Numbered from the stretch's first letter, positions 1 through 14,918 are shown. The stretch is 64,000 nt of DNA from Eledone cirrhosa (GCA_964016885.1 OZ024741.1:300204001-300268000), one strand, 5' to 3'. Made by a program: numbers and translations. Notes: generated by a model from the sequence alone, not told the origin.

Positions 1-290
1 CAACATTAAATTCAATTTCCAAAGAAAATATATACTTCATATTACCAATGATTGTTAATATCTTTAGAAGATCTGTGTTTATGTATTGAAACACGTTATT
101 TATATGTTTTCTTTAATCGATGAAATCTGTTGAAGTAGGTCTGTTCCAGCAGCAATTTCAACAAATATCGCATAAGACATTGGTCACAATTTAGCGAAGA
201 ATTACCAATAGATAAGAGGTTGAATAATAGAGACAAAGATATTCGATTTCTTGTACGTTCAGCCGTATACGTTTGGCTTTCTATATTTAC

Positions 291-360
291 TGTATCTATA
301 TTATTGTTCTCCCTGTCACTTTTATTTCATCCCCTCTCAACATAAATATAATACACACAC

Positions 361-427
<67 letters not shown>

Positions 428-465
428 TTAAATATGTATATGTATGTGCATGTGTATACATATAC

Positions 466-503
<38 letters not shown>

Positions 504-535
504 GTATACACATGCACACACATATACATATTTAA

Positions 536-580
<45 letters not shown>

Positions 581-650
581 GTGTGTGTATTATATTTATG
601 TTGAGAGAGGGTGAAATAAAAGTGACAGAGAGAACAATAATGTAGATACA
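291..650. repeat. ~80-bp inverted repeat (291-370 / 571-650) flanking a (TA)n-rich tract
   Basis: tgtatctatattattgttctccctgtcacttttatttcatcccctctcaacataaatataatacacac reappears reverse-complemented at 571-650 with a few substitutions. Confidence 0.85.
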
Positions 651-851
651 ATAATGTGTATACCAGTTGGTGATATGGAGTTACATAGATACATTACATA
701 GATATATTCGATTAGTCTACACATCGATATTTTGCTATTTGAAACTATCGTAAATCTATAGATAAACTGCCACCTAGCTTCATATTTTATTTCTTTATTG
801 TTGAACATATTACCTCTCCACCCTTATCACGCTTTCTCTTTCTTTCTTTCT

Positions 852-923
<72 letters not shown>

Positions 924-2916
924 ACATGTGCTTCCTTTTGTTCTTTCTCCTCGGCACCAGGGTCTCAGTTGCTTCCGCCACTGGATTGGTGAAGTACCCG
1001 TACCTCGTCGTCACACTCTCCTCAGTCCGTCCAATCTCTCTCCTCTGTCGCTCCACACACACAGAGCACTGAACCTGTTCCTCACTTCTAATGTGAACCT
1101 CTCCTGTAGCTTCTTATCTTCCAGTATGTTGACACGATTAAATAGTGTGGGAAAAGACTACCTCAAAAAGTGAAATATAGATTCTCTTACCCTGAAACAA
1201 TCACTATGCTTAGAATCTTTTTTCAGTGACAGTAAAGGAAAACCAGATTACAGTTTGCCTCAGGTTATATGAAGCTACAACGCTACATTATAATAAGTAA
1301 ATGTACAGAATATAATATAAGTAAATGTACAGAATACAGCTCTATAATATAATAAGTATATAGAGTAAAGTAGAATGAATGAGTTAAAGAAATTAGAGGT
1401 GAATCTCCAAAATAAATACAATGATATAGTAATGAAATAGAAGACAAAGATAAAGGAAAACAATATAAACTTAAATTCGTAAAACATATTCAGTAAACAG
1501 TTGATATAAATATCGGTAAAATAGTTAATAAACTTAGGAGAATATAGATGAATAAATCAATAACTAGAAGCGTATACACTAAATATAATCCAATATACAA
1601 TAGTGTATCGAAAACTGAGAATATAAATAATATAAAAATACAATGATAATTACACCAGTACTTAACGAAATACAATAACTGAGTAGTAAAATATAAAAAT
1701 TGAAAATTTAATAAAATCCTTTCTCTATCGGTAAAAAAAAACTTTGGTTACAAGGGATTCATTTTAGTAACTAATTGATTTTAGAGTATTCATAGAGCTA
1801 TTGTAGTGTTTGTTCTGGCTGTTCTGAAATAAGTTAGTAAATGGATTGCTACATTGGACGCGTAACATACATATGCATGAATGGAAAAGTAGATACACTC
1901 GCACGCTCTCTCTAACACACAAACACTGAAATAAACATACACTCATAAATAACTATAATTATACATGGTCAAATTTACCTACGTACGCACGCACAACAGG
2001 AAGAAAGGGAAGGGAGACGTTGAGCATGAAAGATGGTTGCGGAAATATTTTAAGCTTTTGCCAATAACTTTAAATTCTATGTTAACTTAGCATTGTCCTT
2101 TGAATTATATACCTCACGATTTTTGTCACACACTATCCTACATTTGCATTCGATGGACCTCAAAAAAGACTTCATATTTATAGACTTAATTGTATTGCAG
2201 AGTAGTTGTTCATACTGTACTTGTATCGTATGTATGTTATAATTTCCTTTTGCAGTATCTAGATATAATAGAAACAATGTGATATATTATCTATTATGCA
2301 TTTGGAACTGATTTATTGCATTCACTTCTGTTTTCAATATATGATATATCACACATATCCCTCTTATCATATTCAATTTCTGCAAAGTGGTACAAAACAG
2401 GGCATGAATAGATAACGAGAATTTATTGTAAGTGCCGCATTTTGACATACGTAAACATATTATCATGAATGTTTCAAGAGGAATCTATACATAAAATAGT
2501 AAATCAGTAAAAATCAACTAAATATTTTGTCATTTATAGACTCCAGATTTCCTGTTTGGATTTTCTGTTTTGTTTCTTTTTTTGTTTGTTTCTTTTACTA
2601 CCATTTTCTGAGAGTGTATTTAATGTGTAGTTGTGGTGATGTAATTTTGTAGAGCGTTGAACAGACATTTAAAAATTGTTTACCATAACCAATATCGAGA
2701 GTGCTGTATGTTTATATTTTACGATAAATTTGAATCCGTTTTTCCTCGGCACTTTCACCTTTCAATTCCAAATGTTACCCCTTTTTATATTTATGAAGCA
2801 ATACCTATATACATAGAAATGGAAATAATGGGAATAAATGCATTTCCGCAGTAACGCCATATGTTCGAATTTCCTAAAGGCCACTGATTAAGCTTTCTAC
2901 CTCTCTCTTTCTCTCT

Positions 2917-2917
<1 letters not shown>

Positions 2918-3004
<87 letters not shown>

Positions 3005-3039
3005 ATGTCTGTTTATCTATCTATATATCTATCTATCTA
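2918..3039. repeat. (CTAT)n microsatellite abutting the 5' end of the Tx1 element
   Basis: Directly visible tandem ctat. Confidence 0.95.
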
Positions 3040-6000
3040 GAAACAGTATACATAAAAACAAAACACATTACACATACATAAAAACAAGAAATAAAGAACT
3101 GGTGAACACTGTCCGAAAGTACTCCAAAATACAAACGGAAGGGAAAACCTTCCCCACCAACGGCCCACCGCCAAACCTCAAACTTATCTGAGTAACAACC
3201 CTACAGTACGAAACTTTAAAAAGGAACTTCCCACTTGATGTAGGCCTCCCTTGCCAAAAACCCTTTAACTGCGTCCTGCTAAAAGGATTCCCTCCCTCCC
3301 CAAACGCCCCCAATTTGGACATGGAGATTGGACAACCCGACCTCCAGGATACGAAAAGGTAAGTGTTCCTGCCTTTTCTCTCCTTAACTCTTCTTCACCA
3401 ACATGTCGACTATACAAGTTGGATGTTTGAATGTACGTGACCTGGGCATGCCCTGGAAGCAGGGCCAGCTTTAAAATGATCTCAGGTCACATTGCATAGA
3501 TGTGATAGCCATCACCGAGTCCAGGATTCACAAGAAGCAGCAGCTAACCCCCATGTTCGATGACTTTGAGATCTACGCATCTCTCTGTCAGCCAGGGGGT
3601 GGAGGGGGAGTTGCTGTTCCGCTTCGTAAAAACTTGGTTCTCAAAACACAGACGATTCACTTGGACCCGCGGGGCAGCTTTGTGGTCCTGGACGTGAATG
3701 GTAGTGAAGGTGGAGCTTTCAGACTGGTGGCCGTATATGCCCCGACTGGGAGATCGCGACCAGAGTTCTTCAAGCGTCTGGAGCTATTCCTGGGAACGTC
3801 TCGCTCCTTAGTGTTAGTGGGAGACTGGAATGGCATCTTAGATGCACGTTGAGACTATGTAGGAGCTTGTGATAATAGAGAGGGGTGTAATACAAACATC
3901 TCATCAGCTAATTCCAACTGGCTGATAGTTATCGACTAGACTTCCCAAGTGCACGACTGTGGAGGTGAGCAACCGCACTGGGTCTTCTTGATAGATTTTT
4001 AATTAGATAGAATGATAAGGAAACATTAAACTGTCCACAAATGCACATGGTTGCCTATTCAGACCCCAAATTTGTCACCTGCGTAGTCAACCTTGATAGA
4101 ACACATGGACAGGGACCCTGATACTGGAAGCTAAACATGTCGCTTTTAAGGTCTACAGTAAACGGATTAGCAACTTAGTTAAGTACCAGTTGATGGGGGC
4201 GATCGTCAACAACAGGTGGTGGAGTTCTCTCAAGAGAGCAATTAGAATAGAATCGATAGCATTTACCAAGGGAGTAGCTTTAGATAAAAACAAAACCGAG
4301 AAGGAACTGGTAGCTAAAGTAGAAGAGGCACTTAGGAATGGCAGTACAGCTGACGTGCTAGCGGCGAGAACGGCACTAGACCAGCTCATCAACGAAGGTT
4401 GCATTGTCAAAAGTAGAACACGCGCTCTAAGAAACGAGGGAGCCAAAGCTGTTAGCTGGGCCCGAGTGGCAGAGGCGAAAAGTAGCAACAAATCCACAAT
4501 TCGGTCTTTGCGAGACAGAGATGGACGCATTCTACTTGAATCCAAGCAGATGTACACGGCCTTCCAGCAGCATTTTTCACAACTGTTCGAGCAAAGCGGT
4601 ACGTCGAGGGAGGTGATGGACTTCAGCTCCTACCTAGCCGGCGTACCACGACTTTCGAGCACGGATGCAGAGAGCTGAGAAATGCCGATCACAGCGGGCG
4701 AAATAGAAGATGCCCTAGGCCGCAAATCACCCGGTTTAGATGGTCTACTCTATGAGTTTTACATAGGCATGCCAGACTTGTTCTGTGGTGTCCTCGAAGC
4801 GGTCTACTGCAAATGGCAGCAGAACGGGAGGTTTCCCAGTTCTGTAGGCAGAAGCGTAGTAACGCTGATCAGGAAAGATAAGAATAAAGGGGATGAGATA
4901 AGCAATTTCAGGCCCATAACTCTGCTCAACACAGAGTTAAAGATTTTGGCCAAGGAATTAGCAGCGAGGATGGCGCTTGTCGTCAAGAACCTAGTAGGAG
5001 AAGCATAAACGTGTGCAATCCCGACCAGGTCCATATACGACAACCTCCACCTCATGCGATACATCATAGAGAAGGTAGGGCGTAAAGCTGGCTTCGGTGG
5101 GGCTCTGATCAAGTTAGATCAGTTTAAGGCATTTGATAGGGTCGACCATCAGTACTTGAAAGCGGGTCTCAAGGTGGCCGGCTCGATCCCGTCTTCAGAG
5201 GCTGGATCGCTGCCATGCACACCAGCATCTGCTCGGCAGTCAAGGTGAATGACTACATATCGGAGCCATTCAAAATCATGCGTTCCATCCGTCAGGGATG
5301 CCCTCTCTCCTCCATTCTGTATGTACTGACTCTCCAGCCATTACTGCGGAAGTTGGAGCTGTTGCAGGGCATCCCGATCGAACGGGGACTGCGGAAAGCA
5401 ACATCGGCCTATGCCGACGACATAACCGTAGTGGTGTCGAAAACCTCGGAAATCGGGGTTTTCGGCAACCTATTAAAGGAATACGAAACGTTGACAGGAG
5501 CAAGACTAAACCCAATCAAGTCTGTCGGTTTGCAACTCAGCATGATGGAGAATCAAACCCATGCCTTCCGACAGTGTCGTTGGACGCTGGACGGAAGGAC
5601 CAGTGAAATTGCTCGGGGTCTGGTTTAGTGGACAAGAACTGGAACGAGGTCACAGCGAAGGTGTTTGCACTCACCCAGAAATGGGCTGAGTGCAAACTCT
5701 TCTTGAAAGGTCGAGCGGAGGTGGCTAACACATAGCGTCCGTCATCTACTACCGCTTGACAGTCGTACCTTGTCCCCGCTAATACCTCACCAAAATGCAA
5801 CGCCTACTCTTCAAGTTCCTCTGGAAGAAACAGGCTCCATCGGTGAGGAGATCCACCTGCTGTCAACACCCTTCTAACGGAAGGCTGGACTTGTCGTGGC
5901 TGATGATGCGCAAACACGCGCTGAGGCTACGCCATCTCCAGCTATTCCTGACCGGTGAACCGGTGTGGCTGTCGTTTGTGAGACAAGCTCTTTTACAACT

Positions 6001-7028
6001 CGTCTCACTAACAGAGCTGCAGTCCTGGGTCAAGCGAAGACCTAGAGTGGATACCTGGCACCTCGAGTGCCTTCAGGGGCTCACAGCCCTCTACCAAGCG
6101 GAAACGGAAATCAGCGGAGACGCCACTTTGACATTCTATAGGGGACTAGAGGAGGTTAATTGCGAAGACGTTCTCGGGGAAACTCTAGGCATCGAGGAGG
6201 ACGTACTGACCAGTCTGTTCGGGAGGACTTTCCATCCAAGGCCTATGAATAACCTGCAGAGGTCTCTAGCCTGGCGGTTCTACCGAGGAGCTCTACTAGT
6301 TCGAGACAAAATCTACATGCAAGGACGCCCTGGCAGAGATCCTGCCAAAAGGACCTGTCAAAGATGCGAGCAGGACATTGAAACCGTTCTGCACGCAATT
6401 GTTCAGTGCCCAGGGGTGACCGACCTGTGGAATTATGTCGAACAGCTACTGTCACGTGTGCGACGCATTCAGTTGTCAGCCGAGTCCATCGTGAGGATCA
6501 TCCCGCTGCCTTCAATTAAGAATGAAGGAGAGGCGGTGTTCCTCTGTCTGGTGGCTATGGCGAAAGAGGTATTATGGTGGACGAGGCTAAAAAGACTGAG
6601 GGCAAATATCTTTCTCTCCGGACAACAATGTATCCCCTTCTTTAAGTACCACTTCAGATGAAAGGTGTGAGTGGAGAGAGAGGTGCTACACCGCAGTAAA
6701 TTCGCTGAAAGGTGGGTGAATTTGGCAAAAATGGCCCGAGTGAATGGGCCTTCTCTGTATATAAACCTGTAGGTTGAGGAAGTTAAACAGAGAGAAGACA
6801 GGAACACTTACAAAACGTGTTCCTGGTGTTGAGGGTTGTTCTATCCACGGGGTGTAAAACAACCCTGCAGTAACATTCCCCCCTATTGGGGATTTCATTT
6901 TTTTTTTTATTATATATAGTTTATTGTTATTTATTAATGTTAAAGTTATATGATTTTTATGTAAAACCCCCGCCGTCACGTCTTGTAATGTCCCATTTCT
7001 GTACGCCCCTGTGGCAAATAATGAAAGA
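3040..7028 (+). mobile_element. Tx1/L1-clade non-LTR retrotransposon, 5'-truncated within ORF1, decayed
   Basis: APE endonuclease, RT and C-terminal CCHC motifs occur in order; the 3' end (..gcccctgtggcaaataatgaaaga) runs into a (TCTA)-like tract. Confidence 0.9.
3403..6772 (+). pseudogene. ORF2 (APE endonuclease - reverse transcriptase - CCHC zinc knuckle) with many stops and frameshifts
   Basis: MSTIQVGCLNVR, AITES, VYAP, GDWN; KSPGLDGL, FRPITLLN, KAFDRVDH, RQGCPLS, AYADD; CQRC..ETVLHAIVQC. Confidence 0.9.
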
Positions 7029-8378
7029 TATCTAACTATCTATCTATTTATCTTTATGCATAGATGTTTTTCATTTTCTTAAGCATTAATTTGCAAACAC
7101 GATAAATTGGAGCATACCACCATACCATTAACGGCTGCTTATATTTGTGTGCATGTCCTAGTGTGTATGTGTGTGTGCATATGTGTGTCTGTGCCCTTCC
7201 GTGATATGTAAACAAATGTTTTAAAGATCTGTCAGAACACCAAAGACTCGGACATGTTAACCCAAATATCCTAATCCGCATTTTAAAACTATTCTTTGTC
7301 ACTTTTAAAAATAGGAAATTCAGTAACTGATGAATGACAAGTTACGAACCTGTAACTGAATATTACCTAACAATTTTCTTGAATAAAGTGCAAAATAAAT
7401 AAATATAATGCAATGCTTATTTAACACATTCAAATATTGTCATATTATCCATTTCGTAGGCTTTTTCTCGTGTAAATTGAAAGTACATTGTGTTGATATG
7501 GAAGGATACATCAGATACTATCATTCTAGAGACACTTTATCTGAGGATAAAGATAACATGAAAATTAGCGTAACGCAAGTAATCGGAGATCGGGCCGATC
7601 AGGTAAGACAAGTAAAATACCAAGAGCAAAAACAATTTTTTTTGCAACACTCGTATGATTACCTTGCATTTTAGCTGATAAATAATTATTGCCGATTCCC
7701 AAATAACAAACGAGACATGACATGTGTGATGGATACTTTCTGTGTTACTTTTTATACGAGTTTCTCATCAACAGATTAAGCCAACAAAACATTCTTATAG
7801 GAATTAGACAAGCCATATTAAATGATAAATGACTTGAATTTGTTACAATCTTATTGCGTAAAGGAAAAACAATGATTATCTTTTAGTAGAATGACCTTTC
7901 TCCGGTGGTTGAGTGAGTGGCCACAAAAAACTTACAAATAATTTTAAACAAATATAAAGAAATATAATTTGTTTTAGTATTTCTTTTTACTGTGTAATCA
8001 GAACTTTGCAAACGGTGCTCCAAAAATAACATGTTACAAACATGTTTTCGATAGTTAACAAACGAGAGTAACTAAATTTAAGCAATAACATTTAAATCTA
8101 GTTGCTTTAGAACAATTTCATTTACATTTAATTTAAATGTAGTACTTCTTAGGAACAGGTTTAAGACAATTCTTCGCGAAAGGAGAAACAAAAATTAAAG
8201 CAAAAATGTTCTAGTGACTTTCATTAATCATGAAATTTTGGTTTAAAGTTAACAATTTAAAAACATGACTAACATACTGTAATTTGACCTCAGTAATAAA
8301 GTTCTAACATGCTTTCGGGCAGACTATGAAATATTTGTTATGTTTCTTCGTAGAAAACATAGGTTTTAGATAACATAC

Positions 8379-8597
8379 GCGTTCTGCTGTGGTATACCAA
8401 AGATTTAATTCACCGCAATTCAGCGTTAATGAGTTCTCTTCAATATAACATATTATTTGGGAGGGCTGTATTAGACCAGTTTGTTCAGCTGTAATCTGAA
8501 GGATGCTTCCGCTTGTTATTGTTGTTTTGGGTGCAGTCCTCCACTTCCTCGTCATCCTCCTCCTACATATCTCCATGAATGTCCTGGTTTTTAAAGG
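8379..8597 (-). other. Possible 219-nt internal exon of an unidentified gene or lncRNA
   Basis: Minus strand ttAG | open frame PLKTRTFMEICRR..YTTAER | GTATGT; length divisible by 3; the polypyrimidine tract is weak and the peptide is not recognised. Confidence 0.2.
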
Positions 8598-9381
8598 CTA
8601 ATATATATATATATATACGCATTTTGTACATTATTTTTGCGTACTTAGTATTTGTACGTATCACCCATGCACTTAATCATTTGCCAAAACTATTCAAAAT
8701 GATAATATTTCTTAGAAATCGAATGAAAACAAGTCTGTTTATTTCTCCTTAATATTTTACTCTTCCTTAATGTAGACAAATCGTAAAATAATCAAACTTA
8801 CTATTTAGGGAAACAGATAAAGATATATAACAAACAAATGTTTATAGCTACTTTCTTAGTTATTTGCTGTTAGAAAAATAGCAATTGGCTATTTAAAAGT
8901 ATAGATTTGGTTTTGTCGTTATAATTCTGCGATGCAATCAATAAAATAAACAACCCCCAGACAGATTATATTATAGGACGAAAAAAACAGATTGTTATAA
9001 CATTTTCTAATTTTTCATTGAAATGTGATTTTTAATGGAGAGCATCTTTTGATAAAAAATGTATATCTATTATGAATTGGCTGTCATTTAGAAGCAAATT
9101 TCTACGTTTAAACATATAAACGTTATTGATGAGGCAGTGCTTATGTTAAAAAATGGAAAACGTATTGTCAAAGGTTGACGTTTGCCGAGTCTCTAATCTC
9201 AATTATTTAATAAGATGGTCGCGTTAATTAACATTGATATTGATACTAATATTGATATTTTAAACAAAATTACTTTAAATAAGAACTTAAAACAAATTGA
9301 TTATTACAACGTTGGAACAGAAAGCAACCGACAGCGCTGTTTCTTGTTGATTAGTTCTTGCTTCATTTGGAATAAATTTGA

Positions 9382-9961
9382 TGACGTCAGCGATCACTTT
9401 TAAAATTCATAGCTAAAGGCTTTCAAATGGTTATTCGAAAATGTATCGTATATAAAATTATATTATTCTATATAAAACCTTAATACACCCGTATGTATAC
9501 AGCTATCGAATACCTTAATTATAATTCTTAAGCTCCATATGTAAATGAAGCTAATCATCTCAATTACATAAGCGAAAAACACTATATTTCCGGCTTATGT
9601 GAGTTCCATTAAAAGGCAATGGAGGGGATACCAGACCATGACAACGGCCAATCAGCCAGAAGCAGCATTATCAATTGTTTCCCCTTCCTTCGGCTGGAAC
9701 ATGGTAGATGACGTCACTTATTACATGCACAGTTCATAGCTAAAGGCTTTCAGATCATTATTCGTAAATATATCGTATATTATTCAATTTACAACATTCA
9801 TATACATGTATCAATATAATATATTGGCATGAATCAGTAAAATAGATACAGAAAATACCTCGAAGGGAAAGGAAAATTGTTTTCACTTACTGGTTTTTGA
9901 TCATTATGAATTGCCGCTTCAAAATATATTCATTGTACATATTGGATTTTAAATGACGTCT
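9382..9961. promoter_or_regulatory. Cluster of CRE (TGACGTCA) sites with a CCAAT box
   Basis: TGACGTCA at 9382 and 9709, TGACGTCT at 9954, GGCCAATCAG at 9646. Confidence 0.4.
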
Positions 9962-10265
9962 GATGCAAGATATTTCAAATTTCCTCACAAAATGAGTATT
10001 TTAGATCATCATTGAATATAACGTTAAAAAAGTAAAAACAGAAAATACTGTCCAGCCAATAAATATTTATGAAATCCAAACATATAAAACTTCAAATCCT
10101 TTTATAACCTTTCCAAAAAGGTGTGGTTTTATAACAAGTAAGAACTGGTAATTTCATTTTACAATTAAAATCATATTAATTCCATCAGTATATCATGCAT
10201 CAGTATATCATGCATCATGAAAAGCGAAGGCTTACAGGTATGACATAATGTTTTAACCATAATAA

Positions 10266-10477
10266 TGGTTTCTGACATAGATACAAGACCAGCAATTTGA
10301 AATGGAGGGGGAAAGTCGTTTAAATAAGTGTGTCAATGGTACTTTATTTTATCAAGCCAGCCAGGGTGAAAGGCAAAGCTAACCTCGGTGGGATTTGTAC
10401 TCAGAAGGTAAATGACTGTAATTCTATGCTGCGAAGCAGGGTGTCCTATTCTCTGCTGATACTGCCAATCTACCGCC
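10266..10477 (-). mobile_element. Degenerate tRNA-derived SINE (family I recall as abundant in octopus)
   Basis: Contains ggtactttattttatc..gaaaggcaaagctaacctcggtgggatttgtactcagaa; homologous to 16820-16935. Confidence 0.65.
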
Positions 10478-11399
10478 ATTTTTTAGCCATAATAATCTTA
10501 ATTTATCCTCAGTGAAAATATTCTATCTGAAGCTTGAAAACTTCTTTGTGCACGCGTGCCTATTATACGTTTGTAATAGCCTTGCAATCCCACAATAACC
10601 TACTCCCATTTGTTGTAAAAGGAAACGAATGTGTAGCTTTGCTATAGCTGATAATAGAAAGAGCTAAGAGATCATGACTTATAATTCACACGCCAACCAA
10701 ATTCTTTGGAAATGTGTGAAGATGTAAGTCATAATTTTCTCAAATATATGAATAGCTACACATGGTAAAGTATGTTAATAACAAGTAGAATAATGACTCC
10801 AAATTTAGGAATCCGTATTCTTGTTAACGACGGCATTAATTCAAAACGATCAAACACCTCTATATGATATATTGGAAGGAATAATGACCAAATTGGGTTG
10901 TGCGGGTATTATAGCACTTACACGCTCAACATATACACTAATTCAACATATATTTAATTGTGTAATAAAACAACAATTTTATGCGACTATTTCAACGTTT
11001 TCTTTGAGGGGGAGAAATTAATTCTAAATTCCAGGAAATCGGTTACGATTCAATAATATTACTTTAATGCATTATTTCATAAATTACGCGTTCATTACAA
11101 ACCAAACAATATATATTAAATGTGTTTTTTTTAATCATTGAACTATTAAGAATAAATAAATTCCTTACATGTTTATAGAATTGTTGCCTCGTTCTCCATG
11201 TGAAACGTTTATCATGAGACAATACAATTATATACATATGTATAATCTCTTTAGGATAATCTCATCGAAAATATACTCTCGATGTAAATACATTTGTAAT
11301 CAGATTTCAATACGTAACAAAATTAAATATTCCATTCACATCATATATGTTTATGTAAAACAAAACTTATATAGAATATTATATTTTATCTATCATCAT

Positions 11400-11486
11400 T
11401 ATGTATATAATATGTGTATATAATATGTGTATATAATATGTGTATAAAATATGTGTATATAATATGTGTATATAATATGTGTATAT
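11400..11486. repeat. Short minisatellite, 15-17-bp unit (tataatatgtgtata)
   Basis: About five tandem copies visible. Confidence 0.85.
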
Positions 11487-13064
11487 TGACTTTATACCAC
11501 ACATTATTCAGAAGGGTACAATTTGTTAAATTTGATTGAGAGTTAATGTTATCTATCACGGAAGGATAAAACACAACAACAACGCAAGGAGGATAATTTA
11601 ATTATTTATAATACTCAAATTTACTACACTTTATAAACGCATACTCTCTTTCAGTTATATGAACCATAGAAAGTTTTATTTCCATAATGATTTATTCTTT
11701 ACAACTGTTATCTTTCCGCCATGCTGCTACACTGCGTTTTTTCACTAAACTAAATCTCTTATATTGCTGAATAATAATGCGTATTCTGTATTTTTTTGTT
11801 AAATATTATTAATAGAGATAATGTGCGTTTACAGTCATGGTAATTTTTTAAATAGTTATCTTTTCCTTAATGGAGCTGCTTTTCACAAGAAGACTTGAGG
11901 TAATTGTCTGAGAACAATCTTTGATTTCTCATTGTTTTACTAATTCTTCGTTAAAATACTCTTTTGATCATACAAGAGGGCGAAGTAAAACTACTGTACA
12001 TAGTAAAAGTAAGTGAAGCACTAACGACATTTGCAAAGATTTAAGAAGACCATTCAGTCCATATGAAATGGATCTTTGTGAGTGAAGAATTGTCGCGGTA
12101 CCAGTATTTATTTACAATCAATACAAATTAAAATCACGATGTTATGATATCTATGAGGTGCGGACAACCTTACATATAAAATAGTGGCAACAGATGGACT
12201 TAAAGTTAATAACCCAACGAAATGAATATAACAAATATTGTAAAACTACAGCAACCAAAGCAATATATCTTATTCATAAAACCGCTCATAGTCACGTATC
12301 CACCGTTGATTTCATGCACCCAAAATGCATGTCAAAATCTTGTGGACTGCAGAAATAGCAAAAGTTAAATGTAATCCGATGGACATTGTTGACATAAACA
12401 TAGGGACAAAGAATGCATTTCCCTCACAGCCTATGAAGCGATATTATGAATATATTCTCTCATGTTATGTTTGCTCATATGATTATGATATTCAGGAGGA
12501 CCTCATTAACGAATGCATCAATTTATATATCCATCATATCCCGACTGTTGAGTTTCTCAAAACTGAAAATGAAACTGAGGTTCTCCTGACTTTTTATTGT
12601 TACATTCCCCATTGATTTCTTTTATATCTTTGAAGAATTTCTCCTTTCTAACATTTAGTATTAGCTTCGTCAGCTTGCAATTCTTACGTATATTCAATCA
12701 CTTGCCTATTTGCAAACGATGAAATCATCTTGTAAGAAGGAGGGTGGGTTTCATTATCAGCCTCTTCTGAAATCGAGGCAGGGATGGGTTTCCGTTTACC
12801 AACACTCCCACCCACCCGAGTTTAAAGTGGCCATTCGTCTAACAGTGGATATGAAGCGGTAGCCACAGTTCTAACTAATGAGCTTTCCACCCTGCACGTT
12901 TGAATCCGAGCCCAAAGCGGGAAACTAACTCAAAGTAATTTTGTTTTCCTGAATGTTAGTAGTGATCACCTCATTCCCATTGTCATAAGACAATGTGGTA
13001 ACACCGTTGTTTATGGCCGGGAAACTATGATTCTGATCATTGGTTTTTAGGGATGAAATCTCTG

Positions 13065-13155
13065 ACGATAATGATGATGTTATTGATGATGGTGATAATG
13101 TACATTATGTTTATTATAATGGTGATGATGATGATGATAATGATGTTGATGATGG

Positions 13156-13198
<43 letters not shown>

Positions 13199-13252
13199 AA
13201 CTACGACGACGACTACGATACTGCTATTGATGATGAGAAATGTAATGATGAT
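13065..13252. repeat. (GAT)n-rich microsatellite
   Basis: Direct; it explains the poly-D and poly-M ORFs. Confidence 0.9.
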
Positions 13253-14424
13253 TTATATTTTAGAACGGGAAAACAATTAAAAAGCGCACATAAAACAAAA
13301 CAAAAATCAAAACAGTATCACGTTAAATATTTCTTAAGATTCTCTGACATTGATCTCTCAATATATAGCATTATTTGCATGTCATTCACCAATTTCGTCT
13401 TTTAAACATATCATTCTATTTTGCTAAGAGGTTATATTCAAATGCAAATATTAAATTATCGATTGATTATATATCTTATCAATATCATGTTCTTCCAAGT
13501 GTCCTTCAATATATTGTTTCTTTGCACGATTTTCATTTGAATATTCTTATTTGCTTTTCATTCTCTGTGCCAAGAAGATCAATATTTTTACATTCAGTTT
13601 TAAATAATCAGACAGCAAAAAGAAAAATATATACATAAAATATGAAAGAAACAAACAATTAAGTATATAATTGTCTTATATTTGTCATTGATCTGTCATT
13701 GATATTTGGTTTGGAGATATTGAAATATTTTCATCTTAAATGAAAAACTGTAGAATCTAATAATATTAGATTATGGCTTATGTTGGTTTTAATGTAGCAC
13801 ACTTTACTACATCTTGACAAACTAGTAAATTTACAAAACCACAAAACCGAAATATTTCACAATAAACTATGACCATTACCAAAGTCATTTTGCGATTTCA
13901 TTAATAATCTCCACATGCTGGGGTTTAACGGTGTTATTTGGAATTAGAATAAAAAGGACGTTCCTCATTTCCTGCTTCTCAGGGTTTAAAATCAAACACC
14001 GACGTGATCAAATATGTCTCTTTTCCTTTTCATGTAAAATGAACAATTATACCATTAAAATACTGCAATGACTGCACAACAACCTATCTACAACATTTAT
14101 ATAAATAGTTATTAATTTTGATTTCCTTTGCGTGGCTAACAGATTTTGAAAATTATATTAATTCAAAATTTTGAAAGTTATATATGTTCAAAATTTGCTA
14201 TCAATATAAGCACCACATATACATAATTAAAATAAGGTAGTGAGGTTGATAAATAACATTCCAATATCATGAGGTTAATAAATAACATTCCAATAAGCTA
14301 TTTACCATTTGGCTTTTGGTGTTGTTGGTTCTATTTTATTGACAGTGCCTTTCGAAATATGTGTGCTGTGACTGGTAGTGATATTTTTATATGCTGTTTA
14401 TTTATGTTTATGTTGAGGTTACAT

Positions 14425-14580
14425 TTGAATTGTGAAAGCATCAGGGCCAAATGCTTAACGAGTTTGCTTCCCAATCGTTTGGTCCAGGGTTTTTGGATAA
14501 GTGTAATTTAATATAGCCTCGGATCAACCAATACATTTTGAGTGAAGCTGCATAGTTGGAAGATGATTGAAAGCCCATCC
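14425..14580 (+). mobile_element. Highly decayed SINE
   Basis: gtttgcttcccaatc..tatagcctcggatcaacca..gagtga resembles a common cephalopod SINE body (from memory). Confidence 0.3.
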
Positions 14581-14832
14581 GATGGACTGTATTGTAATTC
14601 AAAGAGCCGAACGTATAACACGTTGCATCACCATGAGAATTACCTTAATGTTGCCGTGTCTTTGAAATGCTGAGTAGGAGAATGTTCCGGTAACAGTCAT
14701 CGTCGACACTGAAAGAAATCCATTTTATACCTGGAATTTAGACAATTTGTTCTGAAAAAGGCACCCGGAATAACAAATTAATTTACATTTAATTACTTAA
14801 GCATACATATCCCCACCCCACGAGCTTCTCAG

Positions 14833-14918
14833 GAGAAGAAGAAGAAGAAGAAGAAGAAGAAGAAGAAGAAGAAGAAGAAGAAGAAGAAGAAGAAGAAGAA
14901 GAAGAAGAAGAAGAAGAA
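14833..14918. repeat. (GAA)n microsatellite
   Basis: Direct. Confidence 0.95.

Noticed and set aside
178-245. Seventh permuted-hammerhead copy (ttggtc..gcgaagaattaccaa)
   Set aside because: Only partial resemblance; no CUGAUGA and no stem I
13040-13405. Acidic poly-Asp ORF
   Set aside because: (GAT)n microsatellite with no domain or splice support
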